In this document: positions 8,530 through 17,818 of the stretch, piece by piece
Layout of the letters: each line of letters begins with the position of its first letter
Position numbering within the stretch: the stretch's first letter is position 1
DNA from: Clostridia bacterium
GTDB taxonomy: Bacteria; Bacillota; Clostridia; Oscillospirales; CAG-272
Direction: 5' to 3'
Length of the DNA stretch: 48,959 nucleotides
NCBI GenBank assembly: GCA_024404445.1
Contig: JAKSPY010000003.1
Span: 1 to 48,959, forward strand
Made by a program: the position numbers and the translations under genes
The notes under the pieces: generated by a model
The model's input: only the letters and a program-made list of their open reading frames with translations
What the model was told of the DNA's origin: nothing
The model's database searches: none

Positions 8530-10458
8530 ATGAAAAAACGCAGGGCAGACAGTTTTTTCGGACTGCACTTTGACTTTCACGCGACGCCCGCAGGCGTAGC
8601 GGGGAGAAAAATCGGGGAAAAGCTTCGCCGTGAGGATATCGACGAAATATGCAAGCTGATTCGTCCCGACTATTTGCAGATAGACTGCAAGGGCCATCCC
8701 GGATATTCGTCGTACCCGACGAAGGTGGGGACGCCCGCCGGTGAATGCTGCGGCGACCCATTGAGGCTGTGGCGTGAAACGACCGCCGAAAACGACGTCG
8801 CGCTGTATATGCATTATTCCGGAATATGGGACACCTGTTATGCGCGTTCTCACCCCGAATGTGTGAAGATACGTTGCGATGGCACACCCGATGAGCATAT
8901 TTTCACGTCGGTATTCAGCGATTACGTGGACAAGCTGATGATCCCGCAGATATATGAGCTGATCGATTACGGCGTCGACGGGATATGGGTGGACGGCGAT
9001 TGTTGGGCGGCGGAATTGGAGCACGGTCAGCGCGCGCTTGACGCCTTTTACGATAAGACCGGCGTAAGACTGACTGAGGATGACCTGCATATCGGTATGC
9101 CGTATTATGACCGTTACCGCGAATTCTGCCGCGAGGCGTTTCTTGATTATGTGGCGCGGTATACGAACGCTGCTCACGATAAATGCCCGGAATTTCAGGT
9201 GACCAGCAATTGGTTGTTCACGGAACAGCTTCCGCGCCGTGTCAGCGTGCCGTTGGATTATCTGTCGGGCGATTATTCGCCGAACGATTCGTTTGACGGC
9301 GCGTCGTTCAGCGGCAGGATAATGGCGGCACAGGGCAAGCCGTGGGACCTCATGGCATGGACGTTCCGCAGGCGCGTCGACAGACAGAAAAAGATCATCA
9401 GCTCATCAAGGAAGCACCCCGTACAGCTCATGCAGGAGGCGGCGGCGATTATCGCACTCGGCGGCGGCTTCCAGGCCTATATCTGCCAGGATCAGATCGG
9501 CACGCCGAATATGGATTACATCCGCAAAATGAAGCCCGTTGCCGAATTCTGCCGTGCGCGTGAGGAATATTGCTTCCGCAATGAGATAATCCCGAATGTT
9601 GTGATATTCAATTCCTCGTACGATCACGGCGTTTCCCTGCCGGAGGAGGCACTGTTCGGTTGCCACGATTATTATTATTCGATACGCGGATGGTGTAAGC
9701 TACTCGGCGACGCCGGACATTCGTATGAGATACGTTCGGAGCACAATCTGTTTGACCGCATCGACAGGTATCCCGTCGTCGTGTGTCCGCAGATATGCAC
9801 CGAGTACACCGATGAGGACGTCGCGGTGCTGAAAAAATATGCCGAAAACGGCGGAAACCTCGTGCTGGGCGGCGATAAGACGATATCGCGCTTTGCGCTT
9901 GACGGCATCGTTCTGACACCGAATTCCGATTCGCCGCTCGCGCATTTCATGTTCGATGATGAGGATGATCAGTGCGGTTGCGCGTCGTATTCCGTGAACG
10001 TCGGTGAGGAATGGGCGACTGTTGGCGGCGGAAAATTCGCGACCGTCATACCGTTCGGAAAGGGCAGGATCGTGCTCATCGGCGGCGACATCGGCGGCGG
10101 TTATTACCGCTTCCGCACCATCGCGGGGCGCAAGCTGGCAGAAAAATTATTCGGACTTTATACGCCGACCGCACGCGTCACCGATACCCACTGCGTCAAC
10201 GTCGTTTCGACGCGCCGTGACGGGATAACGTATATACAGCTGATCTCCACGCTCGGCGCGCATAATTCCGACTCGGTCAACTCATTTGATGAGATCGTGC
10301 CGCAGTACGGCGTAAAGCTCGATCTGAATCTCGGCTTTGAGCCGGAAAAGCTCATTTTGAGGCCGTCGGGTGAGAATTTGAAAATCGAAAAGCACGGCGA
10401 CACAGTCAGCACGGTGGTGCCGAAGATCGGAATACATGAAATAATTGAGGTCAGATAG
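8530..10458 (+). CDS. Putative glycoside hydrolase (GH29/GHL6-like TIM barrel plus beta-galactosidase trimerisation-like domain)
   Basis: FFGLHFDFH, DCKGHPGYSSYPTKVG, YGVDGIWVDG, GKPWDLMAW, LKKYAENGGNLVL. Confidence 0.65.
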   Translation: MKKRRADSFFGLHFDFHATPAGVAGRKIGEKLRREDIDEICKLIRPDYLQIDCKGHPGYSSYPTKVGTPAGECCGDPLRLWRETTAENDVALYMHYSGIWDTCYARSHPECVKIRCDGTPDEHIFTSVFSDYVDKLMIPQIYELIDYGVDGIWVDGDCWAAELEHGQRALDAFYDKTGVRLTEDDLHIGMPYYDRYREFCREAFLDYVARYTNAAHDKCPEFQVTSNWLFTEQLPRRVSVPLDYLSGDYSPNDSFDGASFSGRIMAAQGKPWDLMAWTFRRRVDRQKKIISSSRKHPVQLMQEAAAIIALGGGFQAYICQDQIGTPNMDYIRKMKPVAEFCRAREEYCFRNEIIPNVVIFNSSYDHGVSLPEEALFGCHDYYYSIRGWCKLLGDAGHSYEIRSEHNLFDRIDRYPVVVCPQICTEYTDEDVAVLKKYAENGGNLVLGGDKTISRFALDGIVLTPNSDSPLAHFMFDDEDDQCGCASYSVNVGEEWATVGGGKFATVIPFGKGRIVLIGGDIGGGYYRFRTIAGRKLAEKLFGLYTPTARVTDTHCVNVVSTRRDGITYIQLISTLGAHNSDSVNSFDEIVPQYGVKLDLNLGFEPEKLILRPSGENLKIEKHGDTVSTVVPKIGIHEIIEVR

Positions 10459-10467
10459 AGGGTAAAA

Positions 10468-11889
10468 ATGGCAAAAATCACAGAAACAGCCTCTGATGAG
10501 GTAAAATACGAGTATGAAAAAGAGGACGGCCTGCTGGCTCATTGGGCGTTTGACTCGATCGACGACGGCATAGTCCGTGACGTCAGCGGCAACGGCCGCG
10601 ACGCGGAGGTCATCGGCACACCGAGCGTCGTAAAGGGCGTCATATATAACGGAATCGAATTCACCGAGGCGGGGCAGAAGGTCGTAGTCAAAAACGCGCC
10701 GTGGATGAATTTCACGTGCACCGACAGCTTTACGTTTGAGGCGTGGTGCAGGCTTACCTCGCGTCAGCGCGGTGTGTGGCCGTGCGTGATGCATAAGGGG
10801 CTTGACGTCAAGGCTCATTCGTTCAGGTATCTCGGCTTTTGGATCAGCGGTGACGGACATTACGCATTGGGCATGACCGGCAACGGCGGCACCGGCTGTT
10901 ATAATGCCGTGGCGTCGGTCACTGCCGACGGCGAATGGCACAGACTGACTGCCGTGCAGAACGGCGAAACGCGCCGGATTTCATTTTACGTTGACGGAAA
11001 ATATCAGTGCGTGGCGCCGTCCGTTGACATGACGAACGAGTATGATCTGATAATAGGCGACGGCGGTGAAAACAACCAGTTTTTCGGCGCTGTCGATGAG
11101 GTGCGTATCTATGACCGTGCGATAGAAATGAACGATGAGATCGCCGGCGTGGACAAAATGACGTATGAAAGCATTACGTATACGGCCCCCGACGGCGAAA
11201 GTCTGACACTGCCGTATCGTGCGTATCTGCCGTCGGATTATTCACCGGATAAAAAATATCCGCTGTTGCTGTTTTTGCACGGATTCGGCGAATGCGGCAC
11301 CGACAATATGCAACAGATACGCGTTTTAGGCGGTGCGAATAAGATGGTCGAGCTGGCAGTCGAGTGCGACAGGCTGATAGTGATCGCACCGCAATGCCTC
11401 GCCAACCCCGCACGGTACAATTGGGTGCCGATAGATCAGAAGTGGAAAACAGGCTCACGTGAATTGACGCCGGAGCCGACGATTTCGCTTGCCGCGGCAA
11501 AGAAGCTATTGGATGAATATATCGCGATGGACTCGGTCGATGAAGATCGCGTGTATATTTCCGGAATTTCGATGGGCGGATACGGAACGTGGGAGATGCT
11601 GGCACGTTGGCCGGAGGTCTTTGCGGCGGCTGTCCCCGTCTGCGGATCGGGTATCCCGTCGCTGGCGTATAAATTGACGGATATCGCCATTTGGGCGATG
11701 CACGGAGAGGACGACGGGACCGTCCCGCCAAAGGGTACGCACGATATGGAGCAGGCTATAAAGGCGGCGGGCGGAAAGAAGATACGCGCCCGGTATTATG
11801 AGGGCGTGGGTCACAACGTATGGCTGAATGCGTACGCCGAGCCGGAGCTGATGGATTGGCTGTTATCGCAAAGCAGAAAAAAACAGTAA
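10468..11889 (+). CDS. LamG/ConA-like domain fused to an alpha/beta-hydrolase esterase
   Basis: N-term LLAHWAFD...DVSGNGRD...WHRLTAV...YVDGK...GAVDEVRIYDRA; C-term KYPLLLFLHGFGE, GISMGG nucleophile, HGEDD, GVGH. Confidence 0.85.
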   Translation: MAKITETASDEVKYEYEKEDGLLAHWAFDSIDDGIVRDVSGNGRDAEVIGTPSVVKGVIYNGIEFTEAGQKVVVKNAPWMNFTCTDSFTFEAWCRLTSRQRGVWPCVMHKGLDVKAHSFRYLGFWISGDGHYALGMTGNGGTGCYNAVASVTADGEWHRLTAVQNGETRRISFYVDGKYQCVAPSVDMTNEYDLIIGDGGENNQFFGAVDEVRIYDRAIEMNDEIAGVDKMTYESITYTAPDGESLTLPYRAYLPSDYSPDKKYPLLLFLHGFGECGTDNMQQIRVLGGANKMVELAVECDRLIVIAPQCLANPARYNWVPIDQKWKTGSRELTPEPTISLAAAKKLLDEYIAMDSVDEDRVYISGISMGGYGTWEMLARWPEVFAAAVPVCGSGIPSLAYKLTDIAIWAMHGEDDGTVPPKGTHDMEQAIKAAGGKKIRARYYEGVGHNVWLNAYAEPELMDWLLSQSRKKQ

Positions 11890-11896
11890 AGAAAAA

Positions 11897-11937
11897 CGGA
11901 GGCAAAGGCCGCGAGGCAGTTGTCTCCTCATTTTTTT
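11897..11937 (+). terminator. Probable intrinsic terminator
   Basis: GGAGGCAA...TTGTCTCC stem followed by a T-run. Confidence 0.5.
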
Positions 11938-12037
11938 GTCAGGGGGGTGGAAAAATTCACGATTTTGTTGTACAATGTAATGGGTCGTTATAAAAACCCC
12001 GAAGAATGAAAAGCGGTGCAATTTTTTGCGGAAACAG

Positions 12038-12064
12038 TAGCCATTTTCCGCTTTCACTCGTATA
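12038..12064 (+). promoter_or_regulatory. ECF-like promoter motif, copy A
   Basis: TAGCCATTTTCCGCTTTCACTCGTATA; 21/27 identical without gaps to the motif at 26884-26910(-). Confidence 0.65.
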
Positions 12065-12069
12065 AAGAA

Positions 12070-12268
12070 ATGCAAGAGGGAAAAACTCGCGGGGCTGACC
12101 GATGATGAGCTTGCGCAGGCGGTCGGCGGTGTCGATGTTTGCGGAGAGAATGGCGAATATCACACCATTGTGGTCAATGGGCCGATATTCAAAAAAGAAA
12201 TCGAGTTTCGTTATGATCGGGTTTATCACAACGGAAAGAATTGCAGTCTTATTTGCAACATAGAATAA
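12070..12268 (+). pseudogene. Double-glycine leader-peptide precursor with frameshifted or deleted start
   Basis: 12080-12268 reads EKLAGLTDDELAQAVGG|VDVCGENGEYHTIVVNGPIFKKEIEFRYDRVYHNGKNCSLICNIE*. There is no in-frame ATG; ATG 12070 is one base out of frame across GGGAAAAA. Confidence 0.7.
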
Positions 12269-12335
12269 AAACGGTTTTTTGAGCGCAGAGCGTCTGAACA
12301 ACGGGAATGAGATTTGACAAAAGGAGGGTAAGGTC

Positions 12336-13085
12336 GTGAACGCGGTCGGAACGATATACGTCGCGGAGGGTGCGGATATAGACCGCGCCGAGGACACAGC
12401 CGCACGTCTCGGCATCGCGATATGCCGCGGTGAGCCGCAGACAGACGGAAATCCGGTGCTGTATCTGACGGCACAGGGTCTGTCTTTGACAGACGGCAGA
12501 CAGACGATGCGCGGCGACTTTACAGATGATATACCGCGTCTGAGGCGGAACAATCTCGGCGGTGAGCTGTTGGTGCGCGCCGCACGGGTAAAGGCGGAGC
12601 AACCCACTGCGCTTGACGCGACGGCCGGTATGGGTGAGGACTCACTTCTGCTTGCCGCCGCCGGATTTCACGTCACGATGTATGAGTACGACGGCGTGAT
12701 CGCGGAGCTGTTGGACGATACGATGCGCCGCGCCGCGAAGGTGCCCGAACTTGCCGACGCGGTCGGCAGGATGACCCTCGTGCGCGGCGACAGCATAGAG
12801 GCAATGAAAAAAATGACGTCTTCACCGGACGTGATACTGTTGGACCCGATGTTCCCGGAGAGGCAGAAAAGCGCGCTGGTCAAAAAGAAATTCCAGCTTA
12901 TACACCGGTTGGAGCGGCCGTGCGACGTGCAGGACGAAATGCTGAATGCCGCCTTTGCGCTCGCACCGAAAAAGATCGTCATCAAGCGCCCCGCCAAAGG
13001 CGAATTCTTAGCCGGTCGTACCCCCTCGTATTCATTGCGCGGCAAGGCGATACGGTACGATTGCATAGTGCCGTGTGAAAGATAA
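12336..13085 (+). CDS. rsmJ: SAM-dependent methyltransferase, RsmJ/YhiQ-like
   Basis: LDATAGMGEDS, LLDPMFPERQKSALVKK, KKIVIKRP, IRYD; AAGGAGG RBS. Confidence 0.8.
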   Translation: MNAVGTIYVAEGADIDRAEDTAARLGIAICRGEPQTDGNPVLYLTAQGLSLTDGRQTMRGDFTDDIPRLRRNNLGGELLVRAARVKAEQPTALDATAGMGEDSLLLAAAGFHVTMYEYDGVIAELLDDTMRRAAKVPELADAVGRMTLVRGDSIEAMKKMTSSPDVILLDPMFPERQKSALVKKKFQLIHRLERPCDVQDEMLNAAFALAPKKIVIKRPAKGEFLAGRTPSYSLRGKAIRYDCIVPCER

Positions 13086-13129
13086 AACAAAAGCGGTGTG
13101 ATCCGTGATCGGATCACACCGTTGTTTTT
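13084..13129. terminator. Bidirectional terminator between convergent genes
   Basis: CGGTGTGATCCG/CGGATCACACCG stem flanked by A-rich and T-rich tails. Confidence 0.8.
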
Positions 13130-14942
13130 ATGCAAGGGCCTTGCCCGTCGCCTCGTCTTCGTATTGGCGCGTGTAAAGCTGATAATAATATCCCTTTTCC
13201 GCGATCAGATCGGTGTGCTTGCCCTGTTCTATGATCTTGCCGTCCTTGACGACGAGAATGAGGTCCGCGTTCTTGACCGTGGACAGTCTGTGCGCGATAA
13301 CCAACGACGTGCGTCCGCGTATGATCGTGTCGATCGCGGATTGGATCTTTTGCTCCGTTATCGTGTCGACGGAAGCCGTTGCCTCATCCAGAACGAGTAT
13401 CTTCGGATCGGCGAGTATCGCGCGCGCAAATGAGATCAGCTGTTTTTCGCCGGTGGATAACAGGTCGCCGCCCTCGCCGACGTCGCTGTCAAGCCCCTTT
13501 TCCAGATTGGCGATCACGTCGTTCGCGCTGACCAAATCAATGGCGCGAGTTATGTCCGCGTCGGTCGCATTCGGATTGCCGTACAGCAGGTTTTCCCTTA
13601 TCGTACCTGAGAAAAGATGCGGTGTCTGCAAAACGTAGCCGATCGAGGAATGCAACCACAGCTGTGAGCGTTCACGTGCGTCGCGCCCGTCGATGAGCAC
13701 CTGCCCCGTCGTCGGCTCAAAGAAGCGGCAGACCAGATTGACCAGCGTCGATTTCCCTGCGCCCGTTTCGCCGACTATTGCGATATTCGATCCGTACGGA
13801 ATTTTCAGATTGAAATTCTCCAGCACGTATTCATCGCCGTCGGGGTAGCGGAAGCTGACGTCCTTGAACTCTATGTCGCCGCGCAGCTCCTCCCAATTTT
13901 CCCTTTTGGGATCAAAGCTGTCGCCGTATTTCTCTATTACATCGGGGGTGTCTTTGACGTCGGACTCCGTTTCGACAAGCCTTGTAAAGCGTTCGATATT
14001 GACCTGTGTGGTAATGAGATCGGAAATGGCGTCGATCAGCCAACGCACGGGCTCCATCATGCCCTCGGCGTACGACATGAATACCGAGAACGTGCCTATT
14101 TCGCTTTCCGCTATGTATCCGCCGCGCCACAATACTATCGCGAGTGCCAGCGAGGACGCAAAATGCATCGTCGATGCGAAAAGTCCGCGCAGACGCGCCG
14201 CATGAACTGTCTTTGACTTCATTTTTTTCGTATCGTCGCGGAATTCGCGTTCGATCTTATCCTCTACGACCAGCGTCTTTATCGTCTTCGCGCCGGTGAT
14301 GCCCTCATTGAAATCACCCGTGATCGTAGAGTTTATCTCTCTGATCTCGCGGTTTACGCGGACGAGCTTGCCCTGGAATATTGCGAACAGCACCGATATG
14401 ATCGGCACGATGCACAGCACCATCAGCGTCAGCTTCGCGTTCTTTATGAACATGACCGCGACGACGCCGACCAGGTACGACGTATGCCATACGAAATCCA
14501 TTATCGTCCACGATGCCAATGATCCGATACGCGACGTGTCGCTCATGATCCTCGCGTGGATATATCCGACGCTGTTCTGATTGAAATATGAGAACGACAG
14601 CGTTTGCAGGTGGTTGAATGCCGTGTTGCGCAGGTCCTTATTGATGCAGACCTCGTTGCGGAATGCGAACGAACAAGAGATGTAATTGACCGTACCCGAC
14701 AGCAGGACCGTCGCTACGATCAATATGATGAATACGATCAGCGTATCTGTCGTGCGATCGCCTATGTAGTGATTCAGCGCGTATTCGCGGAACAGCGGCA
14801 GAATGATATCCGTCAGACTTCCTATCAGACCGCAGATGATCATTGCTATGATCATGTTGCGGTATTTTTTCATATACGGTATTATTTTACCGATGCCGAA
14901 AAACGGCAGGGAAGCGGTTTTATCTTTGTTTTCCGTGCTCAT
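13128..14942 (-). CDS. Heterodimeric ABC exporter subunit 2 (TMD+NBD)
   Basis: Start MSTENK at 14942 (GGAGG RBS, ATGA overlap); GETGAGKST, degenerate signature LSTGE, ILVLDEATASVD. Confidence 0.9.
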   Translation of the reverse strand: MSTENKDKTASLPFFGIGKIIPYMKKYRNMIIAMIICGLIGSLTDIILPLFREYALNHYIGDRTTDTLIVFIILIVATVLLSGTVNYISCSFAFRNEVCINKDLRNTAFNHLQTLSFSYFNQNSVGYIHARIMSDTSRIGSLASWTIMDFVWHTSYLVGVVAVMFIKNAKLTLMVLCIVPIISVLFAIFQGKLVRVNREIREINSTITGDFNEGITGAKTIKTLVVEDKIEREFRDDTKKMKSKTVHAARLRGLFASTMHFASSLALAIVLWRGGYIAESEIGTFSVFMSYAEGMMEPVRWLIDAISDLITTQVNIERFTRLVETESDVKDTPDVIEKYGDSFDPKRENWEELRGDIEFKDVSFRYPDGDEYVLENFNLKIPYGSNIAIVGETGAGKSTLVNLVCRFFEPTTGQVLIDGRDARERSQLWLHSSIGYVLQTPHLFSGTIRENLLYGNPNATDADITRAIDLVSANDVIANLEKGLDSDVGEGGDLLSTGEKQLISFARAILADPKILVLDEATASVDTITEQKIQSAIDTIIRGRTSLVIAHRLSTVKNADLILVVKDGKIIEQGKHTDLIAEKGYYYQLYTRQYEDEATGKALA

Positions 14943-16786
14943 ACCGACGCCTCCTCTGCTGACAGCGACTGTATATTGTAGATCCTCTGATATATGCCGC
15001 CTGCCTTTTTCAGCTGTTCGTGTGTGCCCTGCTCGGCTATTTTGCCGTGATCGAGGACTATTATATTGTCTGCATGGCACAGCGTGGTGATACGGTGGGA
15101 GATCAGTATGATCGTCGCCGTACCGAAGCGTGCCTGCAACGACGCGCGTATTTTTGCGTCTGTTTCGGTATCGACCGCAGACAACGAGTCGTCGAAAATC
15201 ATTATCGGCGTATTGCCGATCAACGTGCGTGCTATCGCGGTGCGCTGCTTCTGCCCGCCGGACAGGGTCACGCCGCGTTCCCCGACGAAAGTATCGTAGC
15301 CCTTTGTAAATGAGCTAACCGTTTCGTCAAGGCACGCCGCCTGCGCCGCCTCGCGTATCTTATCCATATCCTTGCCGTCCTCCAGCGCGATCGCGATGTT
15401 ATCGGAGATCGAGCGCGAGAACAGAAACGGCTCTTGCAATACCATACCGATGTTTTTGCGCAGATGCGATGCCTTTATATCGCGTATATCGACGCCGCCG
15501 ATCGTTATCGAGCCGTTGCCTTCGGGTATCTCATACATTCTGTCCAGCAGTGACATAAGTGTCGATTTTCCGCAACCCGTACCGCCCAGAATTCCCAACG
15601 TGGTGCCGGATTTGATCGTAAAATTGACGTCAAACAGCTTCTGTGGGCAACCCTCATAACCGAAATTCACGTGATTGAATGAGATATCGCCGGTCATATC
15701 CGGCTCACAGGCATCCGGCCTGTCATGCTCCGGCTCGGATTCCATTATGTATTGGATCCTGTCTATCGAAACGCCGGCCTTGCTCATTTCGGATATCATT
15801 CTGCCCAGCTGACGAACGGGCCATACCAAAAGACTGTTATACGAAACGAACGAAATATATTCGCCCGGCGTCATTTTGTCGTTTATGCAGAACAAAACTC
15901 CGCATACGACGACCAGCACCATCTGCAAGCCGACGATGATATCGGACGTGGACCAGAAACGAGCCATCGTTTTGGCCATGTGTACCCACAGGCCCGTATA
16001 GTATTCGTTATGCTTCTCAAAGCGGTCGCGCTCGTATCTTTCTCTGCCGAACGCGCGCACCACGCGCACACCGGTCAGATTTTCCTGTGCCATCGCCGAG
16101 AGTATACCCTCGTTTTCGTCGCATTTCGTAAATCCGCTCGCTATTTTGTTATGGAACAGCAAGGAATATACGAGTATTACCGGCATCGGCGCTATCGCTA
16201 TGAGCGTCAGCCACGGGTTCATCGACAGCATGAATACGATCGCCAGCGTCAGCATGATGATTATCCTGAATATTGACGTCAATTGCTCGGAAACGAAGTT
16301 TTTCATCGTGTCGATATCGGACGTACAACGCTGGATAATATCGCCGGTCTGGTTTTTCCTGTGCCAGCCGAACGGCAGTGACTCAATGTGCGAAAACAGC
16401 CGGTCGCGCATCGTTTTGACGAGCGTTTCGGATGCCGCCGTGTTGGAAACGCGGAACAGGTACTGCGACAGGACGCGAACCGCGGCGACTATGACTATGG
16501 CCGTTGCCATCAGCCACAAATGCCTGCCGAGGTACTCAAACCCGCCGAAGCTATCGACGATCTTCATGACGGTGTCGGAAAATTTCGGCTCTTTGCCGCC
16601 TATGGCGTTATCGACAGCGGCTCTGATTATCTGCGGGTTTATCATATCGCACAGCGACATGATGCCGGTACAGAGGATGCTCGCGATGAACAAAAGGCGA
16701 CTGCCCTTCAAAAATTGCCAGACAAGCGCGGCCTTGCGCCTGAACTGTTCTTTTTTTTGTTTTTTTTCTTCTTTTGTCTTTTCCAT
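14939..16786 (-). CDS. Heterodimeric ABC exporter subunit 1 (TMD+NBD)
   Basis: GGTGCGKST, LSGGQ, degenerate Walker B IMIFDD; no N-terminal C39 peptidase domain. Confidence 0.9.
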   Translation of the reverse strand: MEKTKEEKKQKKEQFRRKAALVWQFLKGSRLLFIASILCTGIMSLCDMINPQIIRAAVDNAIGGKEPKFSDTVMKIVDSFGGFEYLGRHLWLMATAIVIVAAVRVLSQYLFRVSNTAASETLVKTMRDRLFSHIESLPFGWHRKNQTGDIIQRCTSDIDTMKNFVSEQLTSIFRIIIMLTLAIVFMLSMNPWLTLIAIAPMPVILVYSLLFHNKIASGFTKCDENEGILSAMAQENLTGVRVVRAFGRERYERDRFEKHNEYYTGLWVHMAKTMARFWSTSDIIVGLQMVLVVVCGVLFCINDKMTPGEYISFVSYNSLLVWPVRQLGRMISEMSKAGVSIDRIQYIMESEPEHDRPDACEPDMTGDISFNHVNFGYEGCPQKLFDVNFTIKSGTTLGILGGTGCGKSTLMSLLDRMYEIPEGNGSITIGGVDIRDIKASHLRKNIGMVLQEPFLFSRSISDNIAIALEDGKDMDKIREAAQAACLDETVSSFTKGYDTFVGERGVTLSGGQKQRTAIARTLIGNTPIMIFDDSLSAVDTETDAKIRASLQARFGTATIILISHRITTLCHADNIIVLDHGKIAEQGTHEQLKKAGGIYQRIYNIQSLSAEEASV

Positions 16787-16875
16787 TTTTTCTTTCCTGC
16801 CGACGGAGTAACGGTCCGACGGTAAACTGTTGTTTGTGTGTATGATGAGAGACCTGTCAAGGGCAATATACGAAA

Positions 16876-16904
16876 ACTATATCATAATATGCGCGCGCAG
16901 TCAA
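16876..16904 (-). promoter_or_regulatory. SigA promoter for the ABC exporter
   Basis: Minus strand TTGACT-N17-TATAGT with extended TG. Confidence 0.65.
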
Positions 16905-16919
16905 TCGTCGGCAGGCTTT

Positions 16920-16936
16920 TGTAACACAAATGTAAC
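16920..16936. promoter_or_regulatory. OmpR/PhoB-family (WalR-like) direct-repeat box
   Basis: TGTAAC-ACAAA-TGTAAC fits TGTWAH-N5-TGTWAH. Confidence 0.45.
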
Positions 16937-16974
16937 GATATCCCGATAAAACTCCGAATATATCCGAATAAGGA

Positions 16975-17003
16975 TTGTCTTTTGACTATTTATGTGATAT
17001 AAT
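16975..17003 (+). promoter_or_regulatory. SigA promoter for the ymdB operon
   Basis: TTGTCT-N17-TATAAT with extended TG. Confidence 0.65.
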
Positions 17004-17033
17004 GTGTATTGAATAAATTCACCGGAGGACCGT

Positions 17034-17807
17034 GTGTACAGAGTTCTGTTTTTAGGCGACGTCAATGGACCGCAGGCGGCCGATTATGTATCATCGCATC
17101 TGTGGCAGTACCGTAATGACAATAAAATAGATTTCGTGGTGGCAAATGCCGAAAACTGCGCGCAGGGAAACGGCATCGACCGTGAGCAGACGGGTAAGCT
17201 GTTGGCGGGCGGATGCGACATACTGACGACGGGAAATCACGTATTCAAAAAGATGATGGCAAAGGATATGCTGGACGAAAACGATGACATAATTCGTCCC
17301 GCAAACTATCCGCCGGAGGTGCCCGGTGTCGGATATACGATCAGACGCACGGGAAAATTTTCCATCCTCGTCATCAACGTGCTGGGCGTCGTGATGATGG
17401 AGCCGCTGGACAATCCCTTCCGCACGGTCGATAAGATACTTTCCGCTACGGCGGGGAAATACGATATATCGTTGCTGGACCTGCACGCGGAGACCACGTC
17501 GGAAAAGAACGCGATGGCACATTACCTTGACGGGCGCGTAACGATGATATGCGGCACACATACGCACGTGCCGACGGCGGATGAACGCATATTGCCGAAA
17601 GGCACCGCGTACATCACGGATGCCGGTATGTGCGGACCGGATGAGTCGGTGCTGGGGCTGACGCCGGAGTGCATAATAGAAAAACTGACGAAAAATATGC
17701 CGGTACGGTTTATTCTGTCCGATAATCCCGTTACGGCGCACGGGCTTATGACCGATATCGACGAAACGACCAAAAAGGCCGTATATACTCAGACAATAGC
17801 ATTTTAA
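17034..17807 (+). CDS. ymdB: YmdB-like metallophosphoesterase (TIGR00282 type)
   Basis: LFLGDV, ANAEN, TTGNH, RPANYP, DLHAETTSEK, GTHTHVPTAD, TDAGMCG. Confidence 0.9.
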   Translation: MYRVLFLGDVNGPQAADYVSSHLWQYRNDNKIDFVVANAENCAQGNGIDREQTGKLLAGGCDILTTGNHVFKKMMAKDMLDENDDIIRPANYPPEVPGVGYTIRRTGKFSILVINVLGVVMMEPLDNPFRTVDKILSATAGKYDISLLDLHAETTSEKNAMAHYLDGRVTMICGTHTHVPTADERILPKGTAYITDAGMCGPDESVLGLTPECIIEKLTKNMPVRFILSDNPVTAHGLMTDIDETTKKAVYTQTIAF

Positions 17808-17818
17808 CGGAGGCAATT

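Noticed and set aside
12078-12084. G-GGA-AAA as a programmed -1 frameshift site rescuing the peptide ORF
   Set aside because: A -1 shift from the ATG 12070 frame reaches a stop within a few codons; the peptide is in the +1 frame
16746-16790. Long T-runs as a phase-variation tract
   Set aside because: They encode the Lys/Glu-rich N-terminus (MEKTKEEKKQKKEQ) of an intact gene, with no sign of a frameshift
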